The notes under the pieces are model-generated. The model was not told where the DNA came from. It saw nothing but the letters and a program-made list of their open reading frames with translations, and made no database searches. The translations under genes were made by a program, and so were the position numbers. A stretch of 32,000 bases of DNA from an uncultured Chloroflexia bacterium. GTDB taxonomy: Bacteria > Chloroflexota > Anaerolineae > Anaerolineales > Anaerolineaceae. Numbering within the stretch: position 1 is the stretch's first letter; every line of letters begins with the position of its first letter. Below are positions 17,889-26,520 of this stretch, piece by piece. The stretch covers positions 3,510,001 through 3,542,000 of the forward strand of contig OY969938.1 of assembly GCA_963704755.1 (NCBI GenBank), given 5' to 3'.

Positions 17889-19550
17889 TCAATGCATGAA
17901 ATCAATTACGTTTTGGGTGAAGTCGCAGGCAGAGGGACAGGAGGTGTTCTCCTTGCAAAAGTTGGCGAAGTTGATGTCTTCACCGGCATCATCGATTTTT
18001 TGCAGGCCATCTTTAATACAGCCTGACCCTACGTGATAGTTTGCGATGGCCAGGTCCCACAGGTCTTCGTAGGAGGTCACTTGGCCGGGCTCTTTGCCGG
18101 TCTGGTCGCTGATCAACTGGCCCACCTGCACCGTTTCGGCCTTGAGCACCCGCGCGAGCAGGTCGATCTCCTGGTCGCTGCCGATGGAGCGCAAGACCAG
18201 CCCGCGTAAAACGGCGCGCTGGTCGCTGGTCAGGTTGTAGTAGCCGGCTGCACAGGCGTCATCGCCGTATTCGGGCCGGCAGACGGATAGGAAGCTGCTT
18301 ACATCGGTCACCAGTAACGCGTCCACCCCATTTTCCGAAACGCAGCCCAACCCGTATTCATACGGGATGCCGTTGTCGGACCAGAACTGGCTCTCCTGGG
18401 TGATAATTCCTTTGAGGATTTTGGCCGGGATGGATTGGTCCTGGGCGGCCTGGTAAATGGGCTGATCGTATTGATTTTGCCAGGCCTGGGCGGCGTTGTA
18501 GGCCAGTTCCTCGCCGCAGGTGCTGGCCATGCCGTCGCTCAACAGCCCCTGGGCACAGCCGCTGACACTCACCTTGCCGGAATTGATCAGTTTGCCGGAG
18601 AGATAAAAGAGATGATTGTGGGTAGCCAATTGGCCGGGCGAAGTCACCGGCAGGTAAAACAATTCATCGGGATCGTCCTGGGCCGGGAAAGCATCCCACT
18701 GCAAGGAAGCGAAATCCTGGACGTAGTCCGGCGAAAGAACCTCCAGCCGGTACTGGCCGTTATTGTCCTGCCGGTAAATGTTGCGCAGGTGCAGGGTTTT
18801 GGGCTCGGTCTCATCCCCGTAGCTCGAATCGGCCCAGTATTCCAACCAGATACCCTGGTCGCCGGTCAGGGGCAGGTAAAAATCGCAGCCGTTGGTCCGC
18901 GAGCAGACCGTATCGCGCTGGCCGTCCTGGATGTGGATTTCTTCGATGCGGAAACCATCCAGCGGCTCTTTGGCCGCGAAGTGCAGGATGGGCTTTTGAT
19001 CGCACCACTGCCCGATGGTGCAGTTGCTGACCGCGAAACTCACCTGCGCTGAGGGAAGGGGGACCATTTTGTTGTAAGAGAGGGTGGCTTTGCCCATATC
19101 GACCAGGAAAACGCCGTCGCACTTCGACGAGTCACCCTTGCTGAGCAGGTCGGCGCAGGGTGGCGTGGTGACCCACTTCTGGTAAAGGGATTCGCCGCAG
19201 TAGGCCGCGAAATCCTGCTCGCCGGGAGGGTTATCGCCATCCAGGTAGATGTCACACTGGACGGATTGGTCCTTCCAGGTCTTGACTTCCCACCGGTGGA
19301 CGCTACCGCTGCTCGGCACGCTGTTCCAGCGGCTGCCGGACATGGCCTGGCCGGTTCTAACCAGGCCGGCCGAACCGGCCAGAAAAAGCAAAAGCGCAAC
19401 AACCAGACAGCGCTTCTTGCAAAAAGTCGTTCGATCAATCCCCGGTCTTCTCCGGCCGGCCGGCCGGTTTGGCCCTGGCAGCAGAGATCCGCCGGGAGGG
19501 CTGGCGGGGATCAATCCCGGCGAATACTGGCTGCGTTGGAGGGGTGCCAT
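17889..19550 (-). CDS. Membrane-anchored, Cys-rich protein with C-terminal SLT-like lytic transglycosylase domain
   Basis: 553 aa. Pro/Arg-rich N-terminus, then a TM segment (CLVVALLLFLAGSAGLV). C-terminal region: LKGIITQESQFW...YGLGCVS...LWDLAIANYHVGSG. This matches the SLT pattern (x)QES(x)F...GLMQ...AYNAG, with the catalytic Glu in QES. Confidence 0.6.
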   Translation of the reverse strand: MAPLQRSQYSPGLIPASPPGGSLLPGPNRPAGRRRPGIDRTTFCKKRCLVVALLLFLAGSAGLVRTGQAMSGSRWNSVPSSGSVHRWEVKTWKDQSVQCDIYLDGDNPPGEQDFAAYCGESLYQKWVTTPPCADLLSKGDSSKCDGVFLVDMGKATLSYNKMVPLPSAQVSFAVSNCTIGQWCDQKPILHFAAKEPLDGFRIEEIHIQDGQRDTVCSRTNGCDFYLPLTGDQGIWLEYWADSSYGDETEPKTLHLRNIYRQDNNGQYRLEVLSPDYVQDFASLQWDAFPAQDDPDELFYLPVTSPGQLATHNHLFYLSGKLINSGKVSVSGCAQGLLSDGMASTCGEELAYNAAQAWQNQYDQPIYQAAQDQSIPAKILKGIITQESQFWSDNGIPYEYGLGCVSENGVDALLVTDVSSFLSVCRPEYGDDACAAGYYNLTSDQRAVLRGLVLRSIGSDQEIDLLARVLKAETVQVGQLISDQTGKEPGQVTSYEDLWDLAIANYHVGSGCIKDGLQKIDDAGEDINFANFCKENTSCPSACDFTQNVIDFMH

Positions 19551-19565
19551 GGCTTTCCGCGAGGG

Positions 19566-20867
19566 TCACTTGCTGTTGGAGCTCAAAGAAATGATCGGCG
19601 CCCTTTCGGCGACCGTGGACGGGAAGACAGTGACCAGGCTGCCATTAAAGACCTGCTGTAGATAGATATCGCCCTGGTTTTGCCCTTCGGCGGTGAAACC
19701 GATGGTACCCCAGGGAGGGGTATTTTCGTGATAGGCCTGCAACTGGCTGCGCAGAGTTTCGCGCTGCTTTTGCAGGTTTTGGGTGCTGAAATCCGGGTCA
19801 CTGGCCAGTTCAGTCGAGAGGATCGAAACCAGGATCTTCAGGCTCTTGTAAGCTTCGGCGCTGTAAAGGGAGGGCTGTGAGGCCGCCCCGTGGGTCTTTT
19901 GGGTAAAATCCTCGAAGTGCTGGACGAATTCAGCCCCCGCGCCGGTGTTGGCCTGGCTGATCCAGGGGGTGGCGATGATCAGGCTCTCGGCATCCGGGTT
20001 GATCGTGGCCGCGTCCTGCCACAAGAACGAACGGCTGGCAAACCCGCCGGCGCGGGCGACCGTCAGTGGGATGGTCACCTGGGCCGCTTTGAGCGCCTTG
20101 AGGATGACCTCGACTTGATCCGGCTGGTCGAAGGCCAGGTACAGCCCATCCGGCTGGATATTGGCGATCTGGTCGGCGATTTCCGAAAAATCGGTCTGGC
20201 TGGCGTCGTAAGTGAAATAGCCATCCATTACCAGGTTTTGGCCCTCGATGGCATTCACCGCGGCGACGGCTGCATCGTTGCCGAAAGTGGAATCTTCATA
20301 GAGCACGCTAACTCGTTTGCCTTCGCCCAACTGTTCCTTGATCATTGTGGCGATGGTTTGGGCGTAGGTATCCTCGTTGGGGCTCAGGCTGAAAGCCCAG
20401 TGGTTATCGGCCGGCAAGACGTGTGAGCCGCCTGCGCTGGGCAGGATCATGGGTGTGGTGAAGTAGTTGACCAGCGAAGCGGCGTGCATGCTGGCTGCTT
20501 CGCTGGTGCCGCCCAGGATAGCCAGGGCCTGGTCCGTCTCAACCAGGTCGCGCACCGTCTGCTGCACCTGGGAGGTGTCGCGTTCCTCGGTCTCGGAGCG
20601 GAAACTCAACTGCATGTTGCAGCCCTTCAGGCCTTCGTCGGCATTGGCCTCCTGGAGGGCCATGTCGTAACCGTCGCGCTGTTCCAGCGCGATTGGGTCG
20701 CTGTCGTCGCCGATCAAGACGCCAATGGTCAGGTTGGGACAGGTAAATTTGCTGGCCTGGGGCAGGAAGGGCAGGGCCGGCATACTACTGCATCCCGCGA
20801 CGAACAAGGCAAACGTCAAGAAAATGGTAAAAAGCCTGATAGTGCCTGATTTGGGATTCTTATCCAT
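19566..20867 (-). CDS. Orphan LivJ/LivK-type (Peripla_BP_6) substrate-binding lipoprotein
   Basis: The ORF is open from GTG 20912. ATG 20867 has AGGA 5 nt upstream and gives MDKNPKSGTIRLFTIFLTFALFVAGCSS (lipobox). Branched-chain amino-acid-binding-like core (LTIGVLIGDDSDP, ALAILGGTSEAAS, RVSVLYEDSTFGNDA). There is no ABC permease or ATPase nearby on this strand. Confidence 0.8.
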   Translation of the reverse strand: MDKNPKSGTIRLFTIFLTFALFVAGCSSMPALPFLPQASKFTCPNLTIGVLIGDDSDPIALEQRDGYDMALQEANADEGLKGCNMQLSFRSETEERDTSQVQQTVRDLVETDQALAILGGTSEAASMHAASLVNYFTTPMILPSAGGSHVLPADNHWAFSLSPNEDTYAQTIATMIKEQLGEGKRVSVLYEDSTFGNDAAVAAVNAIEGQNLVMDGYFTYDASQTDFSEIADQIANIQPDGLYLAFDQPDQVEVILKALKAAQVTIPLTVARAGGFASRSFLWQDAATINPDAESLIIATPWISQANTGAGAEFVQHFEDFTQKTHGAASQPSLYSAEAYKSLKILVSILSTELASDPDFSTQNLQKQRETLRSQLQAYHENTPPWGTIGFTAEGQNQGDIYLQQVFNGSLVTVFPSTVAERAPIISLSSNSK

Positions 20868-20896
20868 GAGCATCCTGGTGGAATTCAATTCGAAAG

Positions 20897-21463
20897 TTAG
20901 TTGTTTCTGCACACGTCATATTTTTGATCGCTGCCACCGTGATCGTCGTGTAAATAGGTATCGCCGGTATCCCAATTGAGCACCTGGAAATCATGAGTAG
21001 GAATCTGGTTGTACATCAGGCAAGTGCCGGAGGGACCTGGCAACACACATTTGGTACCGGATTTGTAAAGCTGCAAGCCGAATTTGACGCCATCGGCATC
21101 GTATGGACAGCCGGAATACCCCCCGGCGCTGCTGTGCGGGTCGATTTCGAAGGTGAATTTATCCGGGTTGCCGCCGTCCCAGTTCATGGCGGGGCTAAAA
21201 TCCGAATTCGAGGAATCGTAGGCGTAGGTATCATCCCAATCGTCATCCCCATCGTCGTTTTTCTCGCAACTCAACGTAAAAACGAAGTTGGACGGGACCA
21301 GCAGGTCGCTCGGGTCACCCGGCCCGGCCGCATAGCCGCTGACCTGGAATTTTTGTTGTTTGCCGTCACAGCCGAGGTTGGATACGGTAATGCCGTAAGC
21401 CGCATCGGATGGGCTTTCGATAATATTTTGGATGACGTTGATCGTGCCGCTGCTGGTGGACAT
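20897..21463 (-). CDS. Hypothetical acidic, Cys-containing protein (possibly the detached C-terminus of the giant protein)
   Basis: 188-aa ORF starting 13 nt after the giant gene stop. No signal peptide or TM. DDGDDDWDD acidic patch and 6 Cys. The same frame stays open 23 codons upstream of its ATG. Confidence 0.5.
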   Translation of the reverse strand: MSTSSGTINVIQNIIESPSDAAYGITVSNLGCDGKQQKFQVSGYAAGPGDPSDLLVPSNFVFTLSCEKNDDGDDDWDDTYAYDSSNSDFSPAMNWDGGNPDKFTFEIDPHSSAGGYSGCPYDADGVKFGLQLYKSGTKCVLPGPSGTCLMYNQIPTHDFQVLNWDTGDTYLHDDHGGSDQKYDVCRNN

Positions 21464-21476
21464 CGTCCCGCCGAAT

Positions 21477-24400
21477 TTATCCGGGTCGGAAGGCGTCAGG
21501 GTGATCGCGAATGTGGAAACGGTCGAAATCGGTCACTTTGGCTCCCGGGCAGCTAATTTTTCCTGCGCTGGAGCCATTGGTGATGGTGCAAGTGCTGCTG
21601 GCTGGGTCGACTGTAACAGTATCCCCATTGGCTTTCTTGGCGACAGTTAAGGCGCTCAAACCAAGACTGGTGTAATCGAAGACGGTAAAGTTGCTGATGT
21701 TGAAAGTTGTGGCCAGGTCGGTCTGCATGACATCGGCGGTTGAGGTCTCGATGGGGGTGTAGGCGTAAAGATATTGGTTATCGTCGGTGCAGCTTGGGCA
21801 GCCAACCGTCGCGGATACGCTCGAGCCCATTTGAATGTTGTAGTAAGACCGTAAGGTAAAAGCGGTCGTACCGGTATTGGCCACATTGTTGGCATCCCCG
21901 GCGTACAGCGGAACGATGCTCCATTTTTTGGCCGTGTTGGCGGCAACTGTGAAAGTGAACGTGGTCGCCGTCCCGTTGGTGGTCGGGCTGCCCGACTGTT
22001 GGCAGGATATTTCGCTGGTGGTGGCCGGGCACACTACCGTAGAGGTGTCGGAAGCCAGGGCCAGGGTAACCTTGTTGGGGCTGCCGGCCAGCGAGTAGCC
22101 GTTGTTCAGCGTGACTGAAAACTGCTTGGTCACGTCCTTGTTTTGGGAGGCGGCAAAATCCACCTGGGCAAGGCTGCCCCAGGTAGGAACGGCTTTCACC
22201 CTGAAGGCGGTCGAAGATATGTAACCGGAAGGGTTGAAATTGTCGCCGTCGCCGTCGTAGCGGACGCAGAAGCGCAGGTCTTTGCCGACGACGTGCGTGG
22301 TGGCGAAGGTGACCGATTGGGCATTGCCGACGGTGGGGGTATAGGTATTGAGGATGCCGCCGTCCATGCCGGTGGTGGCGATACAATTGCCGCTGCCCAG
22401 TTGGATGGTCACGGTACCGCTGGTGGGGTTGGCTCCGGTGCTGCCGCTGCGCGTGGCGGTAACGGTGATGGAATACTTCTCCCCTACCTGATACCCGTCC
22501 GTATCCGGCTGGACGGCGATCGAGGCGGTGGTACCGGCGGCCGTGACCTGGAAAGCTTTAGAAGCGGAATAGTTGGAGGCCGCGTAGGATTTGCCGTCGC
22601 CATCGTAACGATAGCACAGCACCAGGTTGTTGGAGCCGGTGACCTGGTCGTGGGTGAAGGTGATCGTTTGGGCCGTGCCCAGGTTGGCGCTGTAGGTGTT
22701 GAGCACACCGGTGGTCATGCCATCGCTGGTCGTGCATGGGCCGGTTCCTAGAATGGCCGTCACGGTACCCGAGGTGGGCAGCGTGCCGCCCGAAAGAGCC
22801 GGGTTGATGGTGAACGAGTAGGTGCCGCCGATGGGGTAGCTGTCGGATGGAGCAGCGGACAGGCTGACCGTGGGCTTGGCCTTGACCACCGTGACCGTAT
22901 AGGGCAACTGGGTGGCGTTGAGGAAGGCCCCCGAGGCAGGCGTATAGAAGAAGGTAAGCTGTTTGTCGCTGGGCAAGCTGTCGGGCGGGGTGGCTTTGGC
23001 CGTGCATTTCCAACTACTGCCGGACTGATAGCTGCATGAACAGGTGCCATCACTGCTGCCGGAGGGGAAACTACAGGCCAGTGAGCCGGCCGAAATGGCA
23101 TCCCCGGTATCCTGGCGGGTCAGATCCAGGTTAAAGGTTTGGTTAAAGCTGTAGGTGATCGAGGATGGCGGATAAGAAAGGTCCATCGCTACATTCGAAT
23201 CGACCGGCAGGTCGGAAAAGATCTGCGAGGTATCCTTGTGGATAATGTCGGTGGAGGCTACGCTGAATTTGGCGCTCAGCGACCAGTCGCCCGATTTCGG
23301 TAAAACCAGGTTGCAGGTTGCCCTGGCAGAGCGGCCGTCGCCGTTATCCGCCAGGGTGAGGTCGCTGCAGGCGACTGTGTCCCCATCGGTGTGGGTGGCC
23401 GTCAAAGTCACCTTGCCCTGGGGAACGTTGTAGATGCTGCTGGCATTTTCGTCCTGAACGGTGATGGTGTAGCTGAGCTGGCGATTGACCAGCCCCGGGA
23501 TAGGATCGCCGGTCACGGCGTCGATTGAAACTGGACTGGTGGTGTTATCAACCGGCAGGTTCAATTCGGAGGCGGTGTCGCTGTAGAAGCTGTCTCCCGA
23601 TAAAGTGATTTGCAGCTTCCAATTTCCGCCCACCTGGTCGATGGTCAGGTCGCTAAACTTGTACGCGCCGCTGTCGGCCGAGGTCAGCTTGTGGTAGCCG
23701 ATGACCGTATCGCTGCAAGGCGCATTGTAGATGGCGGTGGGATCACAAAGCCGGCGGACGCGCAGTTCACCGTCCGGCATACGGGCCACGTTGGTGCCCG
23801 ACACGGTCACGGTCAGGTTCACCTTCTGGTTGAAGCGGTAAACGGAGCTCAAGGGCAGCAGCGTGTTTTGCAGCGAAATGGTGTTGCCCAATACCACCAG
23901 CGCGGGTTTGTACGGCAGGGATTCGGCCTGGACGTAGTTGCTGTCGCCCTGGTAGGTAGCCGTGATGGTCTTGGTCCCGGGTGTCTCGAATAAAAGCCCA
24001 CAGGTGGTCTTAGGCAGCTCGATCACGCAGGTCGAAAAGCCATCGCTGACGATCACGTTCCCGGTGGGGGGCGGATCATCGGTTTCCGGCTTGGCCACAT
24101 TGACCGCGACGGTCACCGTGTCGCCCATCTCCAGCTTATCGGCCGGGTAGATGTTGGTGATGGTCAGGGTAGGCTTGATCAGGGCGGGGTTGACCGTGAT
24201 TTTCAGGTTGGAGCCGACGTTGGTACTGGTGGCGTTTTGGATCGCGGTGATTACGTATGTACCCGATTTGGCGACGCTGATGGTGCGGAATCCTTGCGCG
24301 GCCAGGCCATCGGCGATGACGTTGTCTTCGTTGGTGATTTTGATATCATCGACGATGCCGGAAACCGACCAGGACAGCTCCACATTACCCGAGCCGGTCA

Positions 24401-26408
24401 GGGTATCCGGGGCGGCGGTGAAGAAATTGATTTTGGGCGGGTCGGGTGGAGAAGCCGGCTCGAGCACGCCTACCGGCAGGATGCGGATTTCACTGGCGCC
24501 GCGGTTTTTGACCGAGAGGACGAACTCGGTGGATTCGGATGGGAAAAAGGTAAGCTGGCCCTCGTTGGGCAAGACCCCGTCGAAAGGCGAGATGGTCACC
24601 TCGCCGCCCTTGTCCATCCCGACCCCGCTCACTTTCCAGGAGACGGTCACCTGGTCACCGGTGTACACGGTGGTGTTATCGACCTCGAATTTGTCGATCA
24701 CGATAGTGGGGGTGCCGGCCTGGATAAAGATGCTCTTTACGGTGGATCCCAGGGCGTTGGTGCCCACCAGTGAAATGAGGGTGTCTTTTTCGATGGTGAT
24801 GCTGCGCTCGCCGTTGAAATCCTTCTTGTCGTCGAAGACCTCGGTCACCCCATTGATCGTCAGGGAGACCTCGGTGGCGTTATCTACCGACCAGCGCAGG
24901 GTGAGGGTATCGCCGACCAGGACGTTGTCGCTCTGGCTGACGTTGAAGGTCTTGATGACCGGCTCGTTGGGCACGGCCAGGATCGAAAAGGAGCGCACCA
25001 GCGGATCCAGCCCGAGCATATTCCACAGCCAGGTGGTGGCGTTGAAGACGTAGGAATTTACCGTGGCGGATGGGTAGACATCGAGGGTCCCCTGGGTGTC
25101 GATCGGGTTGGGATCATCGACGCCGGTGAGTTTCAGGTTGCGGGTGAAAAAAGCCGTCTTCCAGCGCAGGGTGGTCGATTCGTTTTCGCCGATGATGGTC
25201 CGGTCGGCCTGGAAGTAGTCGATGCGGGGGGTGAAGAGGATGAAAATGGCCGCGACGGTACAGACCAGGGTGATCAAAAGACCCAGCCAGCCGATCAGCG
25301 GCCGGCCGATGGCCGTGCCGATGGAAGAGAGCACCAGGGCATCGTTCTGCTGCTGGCTGACGGCTACCCGGTAGGGATACTGGCGCGAGTGCAGGCTGAC
25401 CAGGCTGCGCTTGTTAGGCGTGATGTGAATGGGCACTTCCTGCGTTTCGCCGGCCGGCAGCGGGAATTGCAGGCTGGCCACGTTCTTGACGCTCTCCGGG
25501 TCGAAGAGCTGGAAACGGCACTCGTTTTCCTCGTCCTGGGCGTTGAGGTTGAAATCGGCGCTGCTGTTGCCGCGGTTGATCAGCTTCATTTTTACTTCGC
25601 CGAAGCGCTGCCGCCAGGCGATGCTCTTGCGGCGCGGGGTCACTTCGTCGATGGAAAACTCGTAATAGGGGTTGATCTCCAGGTTGGCCGCCACCACAGT
25701 CTGTTTTCCGGGGTGGTTGAGCGAGGTCACCACAAAGCGCAGTGGGTAAGCGCCGGTGTGGCTGGAGGGTTTGCGTGGCGGGGTGATCGAAATTTTTACT
25801 TCGGCCTGGCCGCCTTCGAAAAGGTTGACGTTCAGCGGCGCGACGATGACCCAATCCTCGGGCACGCCTTCGACACGCACATTGAAGGTGGACACGATCG
25901 GGCTGCCGTTGGTTACTTTGAGGGAATAATAGGCAGTCTGTTCGACGTTGATGGGCGTGGGGGTGTCTTCCAGCAAGGCGGCCAGGATGACTTCGTTGGT
26001 CGGCGCGGCTGCTTCCGAGGCATCCACGTTGGAGACTTTTTCGGCCGGTTTCTGGTAGCCGGACACGCTGACCCCGGTTTGCAACTGCAGATCGGTGACC
26101 GACAGGTGCGGCGGGGTGCCGTCATCCGCGCCGGCCAGGCTCAGACGGTAATTGCCGACGTTGATTCCATCGCTTGCGGAAAGAAGGTACTCCTGGGAAC
26201 CGCGCAGCCGGACGCCATTGACCCATATCTCGGCATCCTGGCTTAAGGGCAGCAGGCGGTAAGGCACCTCGTGGTAATCCAGCATCATATGATAGGGTAA
26301 GATTTGCTCCCCACCCAGGATGATGTCGTTATCCGGGCTGCTGCCGATGTTGGTAAAACCCTTGGGGGATAAGGTTAAACTTTGATCCGGATTTTCAGAA
26401 ATTCCCAT
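21477..26408 (-). CDS. Giant single-pass membrane protein: N-terminal FHA-like domain, two beta-sandwich domains, TM helix, about 1250-aa extracytoplasmic array of Ig-like repeats
   Basis: 1643 aa. GGAAGGA lies 5 nt before the ATG. FHA-like region at aa 15-90 (IGSSPDNDIILGGEQILPYHMMLDY...IWVNGVRL). TM is LIGWLGLLITLVCTVAAIFILF (aa 371-392, nt 25233-25298). Four repeats carry an L(R/S)W signature. About eight Big_3_5-like repeats follow (ATYQGDSNYVQAES, YRYDGDGKSYAAS, VRYDGDGDNFNPS, LYAGDANNVANT). Confidence 0.85.
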   Translation of the reverse strand: MGISENPDQSLTLSPKGFTNIGSSPDNDIILGGEQILPYHMMLDYHEVPYRLLPLSQDAEIWVNGVRLRGSQEYLLSASDGINVGNYRLSLAGADDGTPPHLSVTDLQLQTGVSVSGYQKPAEKVSNVDASEAAAPTNEVILAALLEDTPTPINVEQTAYYSLKVTNGSPIVSTFNVRVEGVPEDWVIVAPLNVNLFEGGQAEVKISITPPRKPSSHTGAYPLRFVVTSLNHPGKQTVVAANLEINPYYEFSIDEVTPRRKSIAWRQRFGEVKMKLINRGNSSADFNLNAQDEENECRFQLFDPESVKNVASLQFPLPAGETQEVPIHITPNKRSLVSLHSRQYPYRVAVSQQQNDALVLSSIGTAIGRPLIGWLGLLITLVCTVAAIFILFTPRIDYFQADRTIIGENESTTLRWKTAFFTRNLKLTGVDDPNPIDTQGTLDVYPSATVNSYVFNATTWLWNMLGLDPLVRSFSILAVPNEPVIKTFNVSQSDNVLVGDTLTLRWSVDNATEVSLTINGVTEVFDDKKDFNGERSITIEKDTLISLVGTNALGSTVKSIFIQAGTPTIVIDKFEVDNTTVYTGDQVTVSWKVSGVGMDKGGEVTISPFDGVLPNEGQLTFFPSESTEFVLSVKNRGASEIRILPVGVLEPASPPDPPKINFFTAAPDTLTGSGNVELSWSVSGIVDDIKITNEDNVIADGLAAQGFRTISVAKSGTYVITAIQNATSTNVGSNLKITVNPALIKPTLTITNIYPADKLEMGDTVTVAVNVAKPETDDPPPTGNVIVSDGFSTCVIELPKTTCGLLFETPGTKTITATYQGDSNYVQAESLPYKPALVVLGNTISLQNTLLPLSSVYRFNQKVNLTVTVSGTNVARMPDGELRVRRLCDPTAIYNAPCSDTVIGYHKLTSADSGAYKFSDLTIDQVGGNWKLQITLSGDSFYSDTASELNLPVDNTTSPVSIDAVTGDPIPGLVNRQLSYTITVQDENASSIYNVPQGKVTLTATHTDGDTVACSDLTLADNGDGRSARATCNLVLPKSGDWSLSAKFSVASTDIIHKDTSQIFSDLPVDSNVAMDLSYPPSSITYSFNQTFNLDLTRQDTGDAISAGSLACSFPSGSSDGTCSCSYQSGSSWKCTAKATPPDSLPSDKQLTFFYTPASGAFLNATQLPYTVTVVKAKPTVSLSAAPSDSYPIGGTYSFTINPALSGGTLPTSGTVTAILGTGPCTTSDGMTTGVLNTYSANLGTAQTITFTHDQVTGSNNLVLCYRYDGDGKSYAASNYSASKAFQVTAAGTTASIAVQPDTDGYQVGEKYSITVTATRSGSTGANPTSGTVTIQLGSGNCIATTGMDGGILNTYTPTVGNAQSVTFATTHVVGKDLRFCVRYDGDGDNFNPSGYISSTAFRVKAVPTWGSLAQVDFAASQNKDVTKQFSVTLNNGYSLAGSPNKVTLALASDTSTVVCPATTSEISCQQSGSPTTNGTATTFTFTVAANTAKKWSIVPLYAGDANNVANTGTTAFTLRSYYNIQMGSSVSATVGCPSCTDDNQYLYAYTPIETSTADVMQTDLATTFNISNFTVFDYTSLGLSALTVAKKANGDTVTVDPASSTCTITNGSSAGKISCPGAKVTDFDRFHIRDHPDAFRPG

Positions 26409-26468
26409 ACGTTTCCTTCCACAGCGCTAACAGATCCATCTCAAAAAATGTGTACCAGGTCAGAAAAC

Positions 26469-26520
26469 CCGAAATAGATATGTTTGCGAGGACCTTGCTT
26501 CGTAAACATATCTATTTCGG
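26469..26520. repeat. Diverged REP-like hairpin in the gap upstream of the giant gene (possible attenuator/terminator on the minus strand)
   Basis: CCGAAATAGATATGTTTGCGAGG (26469-26491) pairs with CTTCGTAAACATATCTATTTCGG (26498-26520): 17 perfect bp plus 4 more with 2 transition mismatches. On the minus strand it is followed by GTTTTC. The arm is 20/26 identical to the REP core CCCGAATTTGAGGTGTATGCGAGGGC. Confidence 0.55.

Noticed and set aside
18435-20426. Plus-strand ORFs 18435-19052, 19249-19665, 19890-20426
   Set aside because: They are antisense to the SLT-like and LivJ-like genes, which carry recognisable motifs.
22143-26246. Long plus-strand ORFs inside the giant gene (22143-22751, 24151-25053, 24237-24773, 25389-26246)
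   Set aside because: All are antisense to a 1643-aa ORF with coherent domain structure. Their products are Gly/Arg/Val-rich with no motifs.
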